Origin: Prosthecobacter debontii | GTDB lineage: Bacteria; Verrucomicrobiota; Verrucomicrobiia; Verrucomicrobiales; Verrucomicrobiaceae | Assembly: GCA_945860295.1 (NCBI GenBank) | Contig: CAMAQH010000002.1 | Location: 164,394 to 228,393 of the forward strand | Direction of reading: 5' to 3' | Length of the DNA stretch: 64,000 bases | Part shown: in pieces, positions 36,968-45,506 of the stretch | Layout: the number at the start of each line of letters is the position of its first letter | Position numbering within the stretch: position 1 is the first letter of the stretch | Program-made: the position numbers and the translations under genes | Notes under the pieces: model-generated | Told to the model about the DNA's origin: nothing | The model's database searches: none | Seen by the model: only the letters and a program-made list of their open reading frames with translations

Positions 36968-38803
36968 TTAAGATTCTTTGTAATGCTCAGCCATTTTGGC
37001 GATGAACTCGTCAATGAAGGTCTCCATGTCATTCACGGCATCTTTGATGCGAGTGCTGAGGTAGCTGTAGGCAAACAGCGCCGGAATGGCGACAGCGAGA
37101 CCAGCCACAGTAGCGAGCAGCGCACCGGCGATACCTGGGGCGATGGAGTTCACCTCAACCTCTCCTGATTTGGCGATAACGGCGAAGGTGATCATCACCC
37201 CGATAACAGTGCCCAAAAGACCAAGGTAAGGACCACCTGCAATGCCGATGGTCAAATACACCAGCATGCTGTTGAGTCTCTGCACTTCACGCATCAGTCC
37301 GCCGTGCAGGGTGGCTTTAATGGCTTGAATCGAGCGGCCGGATAGTCCTTTGGACGAGCTTGGCGCTTCCTTCTCACCATTTTTCACACGCTGTTCGATC
37401 TCTTCAGAACCCAGATGGTAAATGTGATACAGCGGTGAGTGCTTCATCAGCTTTTGCGCTTTTGCGCTGACCGTGCCGCCCATGGACTTAATGCTGTTGG
37501 CATCCGACGAATCCAGTGCCGTCAAATCCGAGGAGACCTTTTTCCAGCGTTCGAGGAATACCTTGTTCGCTTTCCCGATTTTGTTCAAATAGAAGAATTT
37601 TGCAATGGCAACCCCCCAACCGACGACGGCTAGGAGCGCGCAGAGAAAGATGACGACCCAGCCATCAATCGTCAGATCTTTGGAAATGCCCTGGATCAAT
37701 GAGAGATGCTTGGCCATCTCACTTTCTTCCTCGTGATCGGAAGCTTCATCAGAACCGACGACGAGGAGTTTGGCAGCCTCTGCACCTGTGCCTTGATTCA
37801 CTGCAGCAAGCTGGATGAAGCCGGCTGGTCGCGCGACTTTGGCGATCTGGAGTTCGTCGATCTCACCGGTGAAACCTGCCAGTGAAGCAGCGGCGGCTGA
37901 GGTATCTTTGTCGATCTCAATGATGCCTTTCAGGGCTGGCAGGGCAGCGGTCAGGGCTCCGTAGGACTTGCCGTCGAGATACACCGTGACATTGCCCGCC
38001 TCAGCCACAGCGGCCAGATGATGCCAGCCACCAGCGGCGATCGGAGCACCTGCCGTGCTGCGCTTGGTGTTGATCTCAACAAAAGGCACGCCGTTGTCGA
38101 GACCGAGGATGAAAGCATTCGCTCCTTCGCGGCGGCTAAGGATGACGGCATTTGCCTGCAAGGCGCTTGGCTTGATCCAAACCGAAACAGTGGCGGCTGC
38201 GCCGGCGGCCCAATCCAGGGCGGGGTTCGCCGCCACCTTGATCGCGCTCTGACCAAACAAACGCATACCGCCCGAGATAAGCGAGCTTGCAGCTGGCGGT
38301 GGCGCGCCTTCGGCATTCACCCCAGAGGCAGAGGAGTCAGCACCAGCCTTTGATGCATCAGCGAAGTGATAGACCAGCGTTGTATTTTCATCATACGTTT
38401 CCTTGGCGGCGGCAGCGCTTGCGGCTTCGGTCGTGTTGCCATAATACAGCCAAATGGAGGTGGCGGCGGCAGGCTTCAGATCTGGCACCTGAACCCAGAC
38501 ATAGGCTTCGTTGAGCAGGGAATCCCACTTCTCAACGTGGTGCTTGAGCAGAGTTTTATGATCATCAGCCGTGAAGCGCAGGTCACTGCCGTCCTCACGC
38601 CCTGACATGAAACTGAAGATGCCTTCATGCAGACGCACGAGGACGGCGGTGGTGCCGATGGGCGCGGTGATGGCGGTGCTCTTGGTGTCGATGTCGATCT
38701 TCTTGCGGATCGTCCATTTGGCATCGTGCCAATTTTTTTCCGCCGCTGAAAGGGAGCCGACGAGAGTCACGAAAGCGAAAGTGATGATGAACCTATTAAA
38801 CAT
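36968..38803 (-). CDS. exbB: ExbB/MotA/TolQ proton-channel subunit fused to DUF2341 and LamG-like domains
   Basis: N-terminal DGSDLRF..L.HHVEKW..WVQVP (DUF2341); WIKP..WHHLA..YLDG..IDEL (LamG); C-terminal PYLGLLGTVIG..GIAGALLATVAGL. Confidence 0.88.
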   Translation of the reverse strand: MFNRFIITFAFVTLVGSLSAAEKNWHDAKWTIRKKIDIDTKSTAITAPIGTTAVLVRLHEGIFSFMSGREDGSDLRFTADDHKTLLKHHVEKWDSLLNEAYVWVQVPDLKPAAATSIWLYYGNTTEAASAAAAKETYDENTTLVYHFADASKAGADSSASGVNAEGAPPPAASSLISGGMRLFGQSAIKVAANPALDWAAGAAATVSVWIKPSALQANAVILSRREGANAFILGLDNGVPFVEINTKRSTAGAPIAAGGWHHLAAVAEAGNVTVYLDGKSYGALTAALPALKGIIEIDKDTSAAAASLAGFTGEIDELQIAKVARPAGFIQLAAVNQGTGAEAAKLLVVGSDEASDHEEESEMAKHLSLIQGISKDLTIDGWVVIFLCALLAVVGWGVAIAKFFYLNKIGKANKVFLERWKKVSSDLTALDSSDANSIKSMGGTVSAKAQKLMKHSPLYHIYHLGSEEIEQRVKNGEKEAPSSSKGLSGRSIQAIKATLHGGLMREVQRLNSMLVYLTIGIAGGPYLGLLGTVIGVMITFAVIAKSGEVEVNSIAPGIAGALLATVAGLAVAIPALFAYSYLSTRIKDAVNDMETFIDEFIAKMAEHYKES

Positions 38804-38845
38804 GAGTGAAGCGTGGTTTAGGAGTGGTGAAAAAAGTCGGGGAGA

Positions 38846-40501
38846 TTAGAAATCGAACCAAAGGCGGAAGCGGGCATTGAACTCGTTGGCGATGGCGTTG
38901 GGCTGATCAATCAGCGGCAGGGCAAGGTCAACTGAACCATGCAGATGCTCATGCCAACGAATGCTTGTGCCGATACCGACACTCGCCAGATCAAAGTAGT
39001 TGGCCTGAGCTGGTAGCGTCTTGTTAACAAAAACTCTGCCTTGATCATAGAAGGCATAAAAACGCCATTCATCAGGACTATCCTTGGCCTCTGCGCCCAG
39101 CAGCGTTGGACTGCGAAGTTCGGCTGTGCCAATTATGCCGCTGTCGCCCAATTGCGTCGCCTCAAGGTAACCACGCACAGAACTGAGTCCGCCGATGGAG
39201 ACCTGCTCTGTGTTAATCAACGAAGAGCCGCTCAGCTGACTTTGGATTTTAGCAAATGCCTTGAAGCCGCCTGGTAAATCATGCGTGTGGGATATATCTC
39301 CCCGAAGATGAAAGAATCCATCATCCGCCTGATACCGCCTTATGCCAAGGCCTTCAGCCGTGTCATTGCTGCCAAGGCCACGAAGGTGAAACGTCGTCGT
39401 CAGGTTCAAGTCGGTGTAGCTATTTTTGCGCACCTGACCGGCACTATAACTCAGCGTCATTGGGAAATAAGTGACCGGAGATGAATTCACCGTGCCCGCC
39501 GCGATCAGATCCTGTTCAAAATTCTTATAGTCCATGCCGAAACTTAACGAATGGAAAAAACCGTCTTCAGATGGCAACTGCTTCAGCAAACGGAAGCCTA
39601 AAACCTCTCCACGGCCTGCCACTGCACCACCACCCAGGGTGGAGACGTTGCTGTCCTGCTTGGTTCCCGTGAGCATGAGGCTGAGTCCGTCCTGACCGGG
39701 CACGGGCAGCATGTAGTAGCCGGAAAAAACACGGGCATCATCTGCCCGCTCAGGTGCCACCTGATAGCTCAGCCCGAACGTGTGGCCCAACTGCCAAAGG
39801 TTGCCGTAGCTGACGTTGGCATTGAGGCGGAAAGGCGTCGTATTGGCGTTGTAGCGGTTGTTGAGTTCGATGCTCCCGTGAAACGGTGATTTATCTTCGA
39901 CGATGAGATCGATGTCCACCGTTCCAGGCACCACGCCAGGTCGCAACTCCGGAGTGACTTTCCGGTCTGGCGATTGATTGAGCGCCACCAGATCCTTTTG
40001 GACCTGATTAAAATCTGGAACCACGCCTTCCTGCATCGAAGGCGCTTTTTTGAGGATGTCACTCGGCAGATACCACTTGGCACCCTTCACCCTCAACCTG
40101 CCCACAGGCGCTTCAACGGCTTTCAAATAGATCACTCCACCGCGCGCATCTTGCTGTGGCACCTCGATATAAACCGTCTGATAGCCACGGTCTTTGTACG
40201 CTTTTTCGAGCGCCTGCCGCGCCTGTTCGACATCTTGCTCACCGCGCCTCGGCCCCATGAATGGATACACAGCTTTTTCAAACTCACGCGCAGTTAAAAT
40301 CTTACCACCGCGCAGACGGTACTCGCGGATGTAAATATTGCCTAGCGCTGGCTCATCAGCCTTGGCAGCCTGAGCTGTTTCCGCTGTTGCTGGTTCGGCC
40401 CGGCCCTCGATCGACGGCACAGCCAGCAGGCAGCAAAAACAAGTCCAGAAACGGACCTGCGCGGCGCGCGCAAGAATGAGAGTGGGCAGTTTGGGATGCA
40501 T
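38846..40501 (-). CDS. TpsB (ShlB/FhaC/HecB) outer-membrane translocator
   Basis: POTRA-like N-terminus, loop-6 motif GGLSSVRGY, terminal Phe; SD AAGGA upstream. Confidence 0.9.
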   Translation of the reverse strand: MHPKLPTLILARAAQVRFWTCFCCLLAVPSIEGRAEPATAETAQAAKADEPALGNIYIREYRLRGGKILTAREFEKAVYPFMGPRRGEQDVEQARQALEKAYKDRGYQTVYIEVPQQDARGGVIYLKAVEAPVGRLRVKGAKWYLPSDILKKAPSMQEGVVPDFNQVQKDLVALNQSPDRKVTPELRPGVVPGTVDIDLIVEDKSPFHGSIELNNRYNANTTPFRLNANVSYGNLWQLGHTFGLSYQVAPERADDARVFSGYYMLPVPGQDGLSLMLTGTKQDSNVSTLGGGAVAGRGEVLGFRLLKQLPSEDGFFHSLSFGMDYKNFEQDLIAAGTVNSSPVTYFPMTLSYSAGQVRKNSYTDLNLTTTFHLRGLGSNDTAEGLGIRRYQADDGFFHLRGDISHTHDLPGGFKAFAKIQSQLSGSSLINTEQVSIGGLSSVRGYLEATQLGDSGIIGTAELRSPTLLGAEAKDSPDEWRFYAFYDQGRVFVNKTLPAQANYFDLASVGIGTSIRWHEHLHGSVDLALPLIDQPNAIANEFNARFRLWFDF

Positions 40502-40562
40502 TTTTTCCTTCTTAAATAGCTCTCATTCTTTCCGTTCCATCGCCTTTCCCTCAAGATGCGAA

Positions 40563-40580
40563 TGGTGACGATTGTGTCAC
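40563..40580 (-). promoter_or_regulatory. Candidate Pho-box-like site upstream of the tpsB operon
   Basis: Minus strand GTGACACAATCGTCACCA, 16/18 identical to the site upstream of phoB. A weaker copy lies at 40626-40641. Confidence 0.55.
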
Positions 40581-40647
40581 CAAGTTGCTCCGTTCACCGA
40601 TATCCACCCTGAATTTCCATCTTTTGTGTCGTTACCGTCACTTGTTT

Positions 40648-41409
40648 TTAGCGAGCCGTCCTGACTTGCAGTTGATAGGCGTTAAAAAGTCGCCAACCCA
40701 GCATGGCGCGCAGTTTGGCATCTGCGCTCCATTGCGCATTGTTCCAGCGGGCTCGGTACTCTGGATCTTGGGCGTTCTGGGGGCCGATTTCCTGGGTGAA
40801 ATTTCTCTGCATGTTTTCAATGTCCATGACATCGCGTTCGGACAAACCTAGGGATTCTGGATTGTACTCCTGAAAAACAAGCGGTAATTTAGGCCGGGAA
40901 GCCTGCGCGTTCGGCAAAGTGACGATGGGCTTGGTCAGGATTTGCTGCTGAATAGGCGCCAGTTTCGAGTTGGTTATGCGCGACTCCAGGGATCTAAAGG
41001 CAGCAGACTCTATTGGCACTTGAGTCTGATCTTGCGTCGCTGGACTCATGACTTCTGTCTTCGCGCTGATTTTGACGTCCTTGACCGCCGCTGATTCGGG
41101 GTGCGGTGAGATGGAGGCGTCTCTGACCGTCGAGACAGACACCCTCCCCGCTGTTTGCGCTGCTACTTCAGAGGGTCTATTGGCTCGCGGAGATCCTGGG
41201 GTGAAAGTCAGATCTTCGGTTTTAACCAGTTTCTTGCTCGATAACGACTCTTGATCATCCCGTGATTTGACTTGCGGGGCAGCCCCTAGTTGCATGCCAA
41301 ACCAAACTGCCACAGGCAAACAGCCTAGCAATAACCAGCAGAGTGCCGCTGGCACCTGCCGCCTGACTTTTTTTAAGGGGGCACTATCGGGTAACCGAAT
41401 ACGTTTCAT
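40648..41409 (-). CDS. Hypothetical single-TM protein with helical C-terminal domain
   Basis: 253-aa ORF with TM ALCWLLLGCLPVAVWFGM, a low-complexity linker and a helical tail. Confidence 0.6.
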   Translation of the reverse strand: MKRIRLPDSAPLKKVRRQVPAALCWLLLGCLPVAVWFGMQLGAAPQVKSRDDQESLSSKKLVKTEDLTFTPGSPRANRPSEVAAQTAGRVSVSTVRDASISPHPESAAVKDVKISAKTEVMSPATQDQTQVPIESAAFRSLESRITNSKLAPIQQQILTKPIVTLPNAQASRPKLPLVFQEYNPESLGLSERDVMDIENMQRNFTQEIGPQNAQDPEYRARWNNAQWSADAKLRAMLGWRLFNAYQLQVRTAR

Positions 41410-41423
41410 GCTTTGCTGGATCG

Positions 41424-41460
41424 AAAAGAAAAAACCGGTGAGGAATGGTTACCTCACCGG
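41424..41460 (-). terminator. Rho-independent terminator
   Basis: 9-bp perfect stem CCGGTGAGG/CCTCACCGG with an 8-nt loop, followed on the minus strand by TTTTTTCTTTT. Confidence 0.85.
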
Positions 41461-41498
41461 CCAGATTATGAGTGTAAGGCTAGTTTAGCCTGGCAAGA

Positions 41499-43049
41499 CT
41501 ATTCCTCAGGGAAGATGTATTTGCTCGTGACGATACCACCGTCTTCGGAGCGGCTGACTCTCAAGGAAGCCTCAGAGAGACCAGCGTAGAAAAAGTCAAC
41601 GTCATGGATACGATCAGCAAGATTGTTGAAGAAGGTGAATTTGTCACCCGTGGTCAGACTTGCACGCTTGAGGAAAAGTTCATAACCCCAGAGGGTGTAG
41701 GCACCACTCCAGATAGACGCAGGAAGTACGTTGGAAGCCTGGAAGTTAGCGGTTGCTGTAGCCGATGCCAGTGCAGGTTTGGACAGTGTTACTTCGGTAC
41801 CGTTGGCATTAATGCTGACGATGACGTTATCAGTATCCAATTGGCCGCTGGTGCTGCGGACGAACTGTCCGACAACGAGACCCGTGGTGACGATATTGGA
41901 GACAACGGCACTACCAATGGTGGTTGTGGCGTTGTTCGAGGTGTAAAGCTTGCCACCAAAAGCATTGACGCCATTGTAGCTCAAATATCTGGCACCAACG
42001 TTGGTGATTCCGTTAACGCTAGAAGCAGTGCCATTCACAGCACGATCAGCATCGGTTTCACTCATGTAACCGATGAAAGCAGCCTTGGTGCTGACAAGTG
42101 CTGCAGTGTCGTTGATGGAAGTGGTTTTGTAGCGCAGCCAATCAGCCATGTTAGCTCCGGAGATGCCGTTATTGCCAGCGAGAACAGGATTCAATGAGTC
42201 TGTAGTTGTGTCTGCGGACGTAGGAGAAACCGCGCCAGCCTCAATGTTTGGGCTGGTGCCTGTTCCTGCTGCTACAGTCCACTGATTGACGGCTGAACCA
42301 GTTCCCAAGCCAGTTTCAGACATGACAACCACACGTGTGCCTGAGAAAGGGTCGCGACCCAAGGCATAAATCATGGTGCCACCGACCTGATCCGAAGCAT
42401 CCGTTGGATTGTTGGTGAACAAGGCAGCCGAGGCACGACCTGTTGAGTAGAGGGACTGGAACAGCTGGGAAGTGACGTTGGTCACAGCAGCTGGCATGTC
42501 GCGACTCGCCACGAACGTGAATGGCACTACACCGACGTTTCGGCTGTCCAGCGTGTTGTTGGTGTAAATGGTCGAGCTTTGAGTATTGTCGGCAAAGGCG
42601 AAGTCAGCTTGGCTGTTATCATCCAAGTTATCTGCATTCACGCCTGCTGTACCTGTTGCGCTCAGCGCATAAATAGTGCCATTGGCAGATGTGCTTGGGT
42701 TGAGCGCCAAGAACTTAACATTGACTGCAGTTCCGTTGGTATTTCCGCTGATAGCACGAATACCAGCAACTGAGCCTGACCAAGTACATTTGACAGTTAC
42801 CACTTGGCCTGGGAAAGCGGCCATTGTGCCGACAAAAATAGCGTTTGCGCTAGCTTCGAGAGTGGTACTATTGAAAGCATAACCATAATCAATGCCACCT
42901 GCATCAGCAGGGAAAGTCATGGTGTTCTTGATGGCGTTGACGGCTGATGCACGGAAGGCCGTGGCACCCGTGATTTTGACGGTGAGGTCAGCAGAGGCGG
43001 TGTTAGCTGCGAGCAAGGCTGCAGCGATGAGAGTTGCTTTGAATTTCAT
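41499..43049 (-). CDS. Secreted protein with PstS/periplasmic-binding-protein-like motifs
   Basis: Signal peptide; ITGATAF, GVVPFTFVAS, GRDPFSGTR, YLSYNGV and GAYTLWGYE segments resemble the PstS-like PBP fold. Confidence 0.55.
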   Translation of the reverse strand: MKFKATLIAAALLAANTASADLTVKITGATAFRASAVNAIKNTMTFPADAGGIDYGYAFNSTTLEASANAIFVGTMAAFPGQVVTVKCTWSGSVAGIRAISGNTNGTAVNVKFLALNPSTSANGTIYALSATGTAGVNADNLDDNSQADFAFADNTQSSTIYTNNTLDSRNVGVVPFTFVASRDMPAAVTNVTSQLFQSLYSTGRASAALFTNNPTDASDQVGGTMIYALGRDPFSGTRVVVMSETGLGTGSAVNQWTVAAGTGTSPNIEAGAVSPTSADTTTDSLNPVLAGNNGISGANMADWLRYKTTSINDTAALVSTKAAFIGYMSETDADRAVNGTASSVNGITNVGARYLSYNGVNAFGGKLYTSNNATTTIGSAVVSNIVTTGLVVGQFVRSTSGQLDTDNVIVSINANGTEVTLSKPALASATATANFQASNVLPASIWSGAYTLWGYELFLKRASLTTGDKFTFFNNLADRIHDVDFFYAGLSEASLRVSRSEDGGIVTSKYIFPEE

Positions 43050-43093
43050 GTAAAAAAGAATTTAAAGTTGGATCAGTAGAATTGAATTTAAAA

Positions 43094-43888
43094 TTAACGA
43101 CGGCGACGGAACAAAAGGCCGCAGAGGCCCAAACCGAGAAGAAGAGCACGACTTGGCTCTGGGACCGCAGCAGCTGCGAAAGGCGCTTGGCTGTTGAAGG
43201 AGAGAGCACCGTTGCTGCTCATGATGAAGGAGCCTTCGTAGGTTCCGACTGCTCCCGAGGAAGAACCAGCGAGACGGAAAAGGTCGAGCTGGGAGTTTTC
43301 ACCCACAACACCTTCGACGTTCCAAGCCGAGTTACCAAATTGTGTCGCCGAAATACGAGTATTCCAAGTATTGGCACCTACATTTGACTGTGTCAGGCCT
43401 GGGGTGGTGATGTCTTGACCGGCATAAGCAGATCCTACTGATGCGATGTTACCGCCAATGACTTGCTGAGCGGATACTGTTCCACGCGTGAAGGAAGAAC
43501 CAGCAGTACCATAGGTAGCTTGCTCGCGGGTGCCGTAGAGCACGCCAGAAGCTTCACCATCAACGGTGGATACCGTGTTATTACCTGCCACAATGCCCCA
43601 CTTCACCGAACCGTCTGTGTACCAGTTGGCACCAAACACGGTCGCAAGCTGTGCGTCCAAGTCTGCGGCGGCAGCGATGGGTGTGAGTTCACCCGTGGCG
43701 TTCTTGAAGACAGAGGTAGCTCCGAGATTGACAATGACGCTGTTGGCAGCGCTGCTTGAGCGGAAGCCCAAGAGAAGATTGCCCGTGCTGAACGCTGTGG
43801 TCACAGCAGACGCAGAGGCCGAGACGAACATCACGCCGGCGATCGCCAGGAGGAAGGTCGTTTTAAGAGAGGTTTTTTTCATTTGCAT
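43094..43888 (-). CDS. PEP-CTERM exosortase-target surface protein
   Basis: Signal peptide; C-terminal VPEPSRALLLGLGLCGLLFRRRR. Confidence 0.92.
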   Translation of the reverse strand: MQMKKTSLKTTFLLAIAGVMFVSASASAVTTAFSTGNLLLGFRSSSAANSVIVNLGATSVFKNATGELTPIAAAADLDAQLATVFGANWYTDGSVKWGIVAGNNTVSTVDGEASGVLYGTREQATYGTAGSSFTRGTVSAQQVIGGNIASVGSAYAGQDITTPGLTQSNVGANTWNTRISATQFGNSAWNVEGVVGENSQLDLFRLAGSSSGAVGTYEGSFIMSSNGALSFNSQAPFAAAAVPEPSRALLLGLGLCGLLFRRRR

Positions 43889-44347
43889 GGGGATGGGTTG
43901 GGACTGCCAAAAATCAGAGAGTGATTCATGCTCAAAGATTCATGACACTACACGATTATCATCTTCTTTAATCGCCAGCTAGCTTTCCTATGTCACGATT
44001 TCGACTCTTTCAGTTTGTTTGTTTTGCCGCCTCATCTCCCGCGTGCAAACGCTGTCTTTGGCGCAGCCTGAGCAGCTTTAATCATACATAAATTACTGGA
44101 TATTAATGATTTGATTCTGGCCGATTCTTGTCTGGCAAAGGCTCTACGACTGGGGCTTTCACCCCAATTCAGCTTCAGTCTGTGGTTTTGTGTTCTGCTT
44201 GAAGCCCTAGTTGTTCACAATTTTGGTCTAAATTCTTACATGTGCCGCTCGGACTTTCGATGTATCGGTTGGCAAGGGGTTTGTTGTTTCAAAATCTTCA
44301 CTTCAAATCACACGCAGACTCCGCTGCGCTTCCTATTTTTGGTATAT

Positions 44348-45454
44348 ATGATCGACAACTATGAGCGCCCATTACCTACCTTTATGAATAATGAGCCAGA
44401 CCCGGACCCAGAAACAAAGTGGCTCAAGATCGAATACCCTGTGGCTTCAGTGTTGGGTCTTGTGCTTGGCGTCGTGATTACTGCAGGCGCGGTGAGCTTT
44501 GCCTGGCTGAGTACGCGTAGCACGGCGACGGTTTTCCCTGAACTCCCCATGCCTGTGGAAAAGCCCAAAGAGGTGGCTCCTCCCGTGGCCCGGCCCACAT
44601 CCAGCGTGGTCGGTGTGGCCAAGCGTGCCGCGCCGAAGGCGGTGGTGCCCTCCATCACTCTCCAGGAGATCGCTATGGCCGATGTGAAGCGCCTGCATGA
44701 GCCTGTTGGCGATATTTATTGGACGAAACCTTTGGTCTCTAATCCTTTCCAAACGCAACTCATCAAAGCTGATGATCCTGTCCTCGCAGAGGCGCAGCAA
44801 CTGCTGGAGTATTATTTTGCCGCCAAATCACTGCCCGAAAAATCTGCTCTCGTCCTGCATGGTGATCTGACGCTGGAAAAGATGAAGCGCTTCTACAGCG
44901 TGCCCGACAACACTGACCCTGTTCTCGATCGGCCGCTTGGCGGCATGTTCATAACGGCGAATAAGGCCCAGATTGCGCAACTGGAGTTCGATAGCGCCAG
45001 CAGGGTAGGCGGCAAAGTGACCGTTTACTTTCACCGTGCCAAAGGCGGCAGCCTGCTGCTGGATTGGGAATCCTTCGTTGGCTACAGCGACATCAACTGG
45101 CAGGAATACGCAGAGAAGCGGCCGCAGACCTCTAACTGGCTGCGTGCCGTGGCCGATGCTGGCGACTACTACAACTACGAGTTTGCAGACGATAAGCACT
45201 TCCTGTGCGTCCGCCTCACCAGCCCCGATGGCAACCAAAGAATGCATGGCTACGTGCCACGAGGAAGCGCTCTGGGCTTCATGCTCGCGAAGCGGCTCAA
45301 CTATGAGGAATTCAGCGTCACCGGCCGCCGCACTTCATCCATCAAAGTCATCGTTGAAACGACCTTCCCTTTCAATGCGAAGTCAGGCCAGTGCGTGAAC
45401 ATCCGTGAAATGAGAACGGACCGCTGGTTGATGTTTGATTGGGAAGCCAAGTAA
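44348..45454 (+). CDS. Hypothetical single-TM membrane-anchored protein
   Basis: TM VLGLVLGVVITAGAVSFAWL, Pro-rich linker and globular C-terminus. Start uncertain (44348 or 44384). Confidence 0.7.
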   Translation: MIDNYERPLPTFMNNEPDPDPETKWLKIEYPVASVLGLVLGVVITAGAVSFAWLSTRSTATVFPELPMPVEKPKEVAPPVARPTSSVVGVAKRAAPKAVVPSITLQEIAMADVKRLHEPVGDIYWTKPLVSNPFQTQLIKADDPVLAEAQQLLEYYFAAKSLPEKSALVLHGDLTLEKMKRFYSVPDNTDPVLDRPLGGMFITANKAQIAQLEFDSASRVGGKVTVYFHRAKGGSLLLDWESFVGYSDINWQEYAEKRPQTSNWLRAVADAGDYYNYEFADDKHFLCVRLTSPDGNQRMHGYVPRGSALGFMLAKRLNYEEFSVTGRRTSSIKVIVETTFPFNAKSGQCVNIREMRTDRWLMFDWEAK

Positions 45455-45506
45455 CCCCCTAAAAACTCGTTGTTGCCCCGCTGTCGATTGTGCGGGAATA
45501 TTTTTT

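Noticed and set aside
43991-44006. Possible third copy of the Pho-like box upstream of the PEP-CTERM gene (GTCAC-GATTTC-GACTC)
   Set aside because: Four mismatches to the 16-bp consensus; too weak to call.
44270-44284. Sigma-54-like TGGCAA-N5-TTGT
   Set aside because: Lacks the conserved -12 GC and points away from the PEP-CTERM gene.
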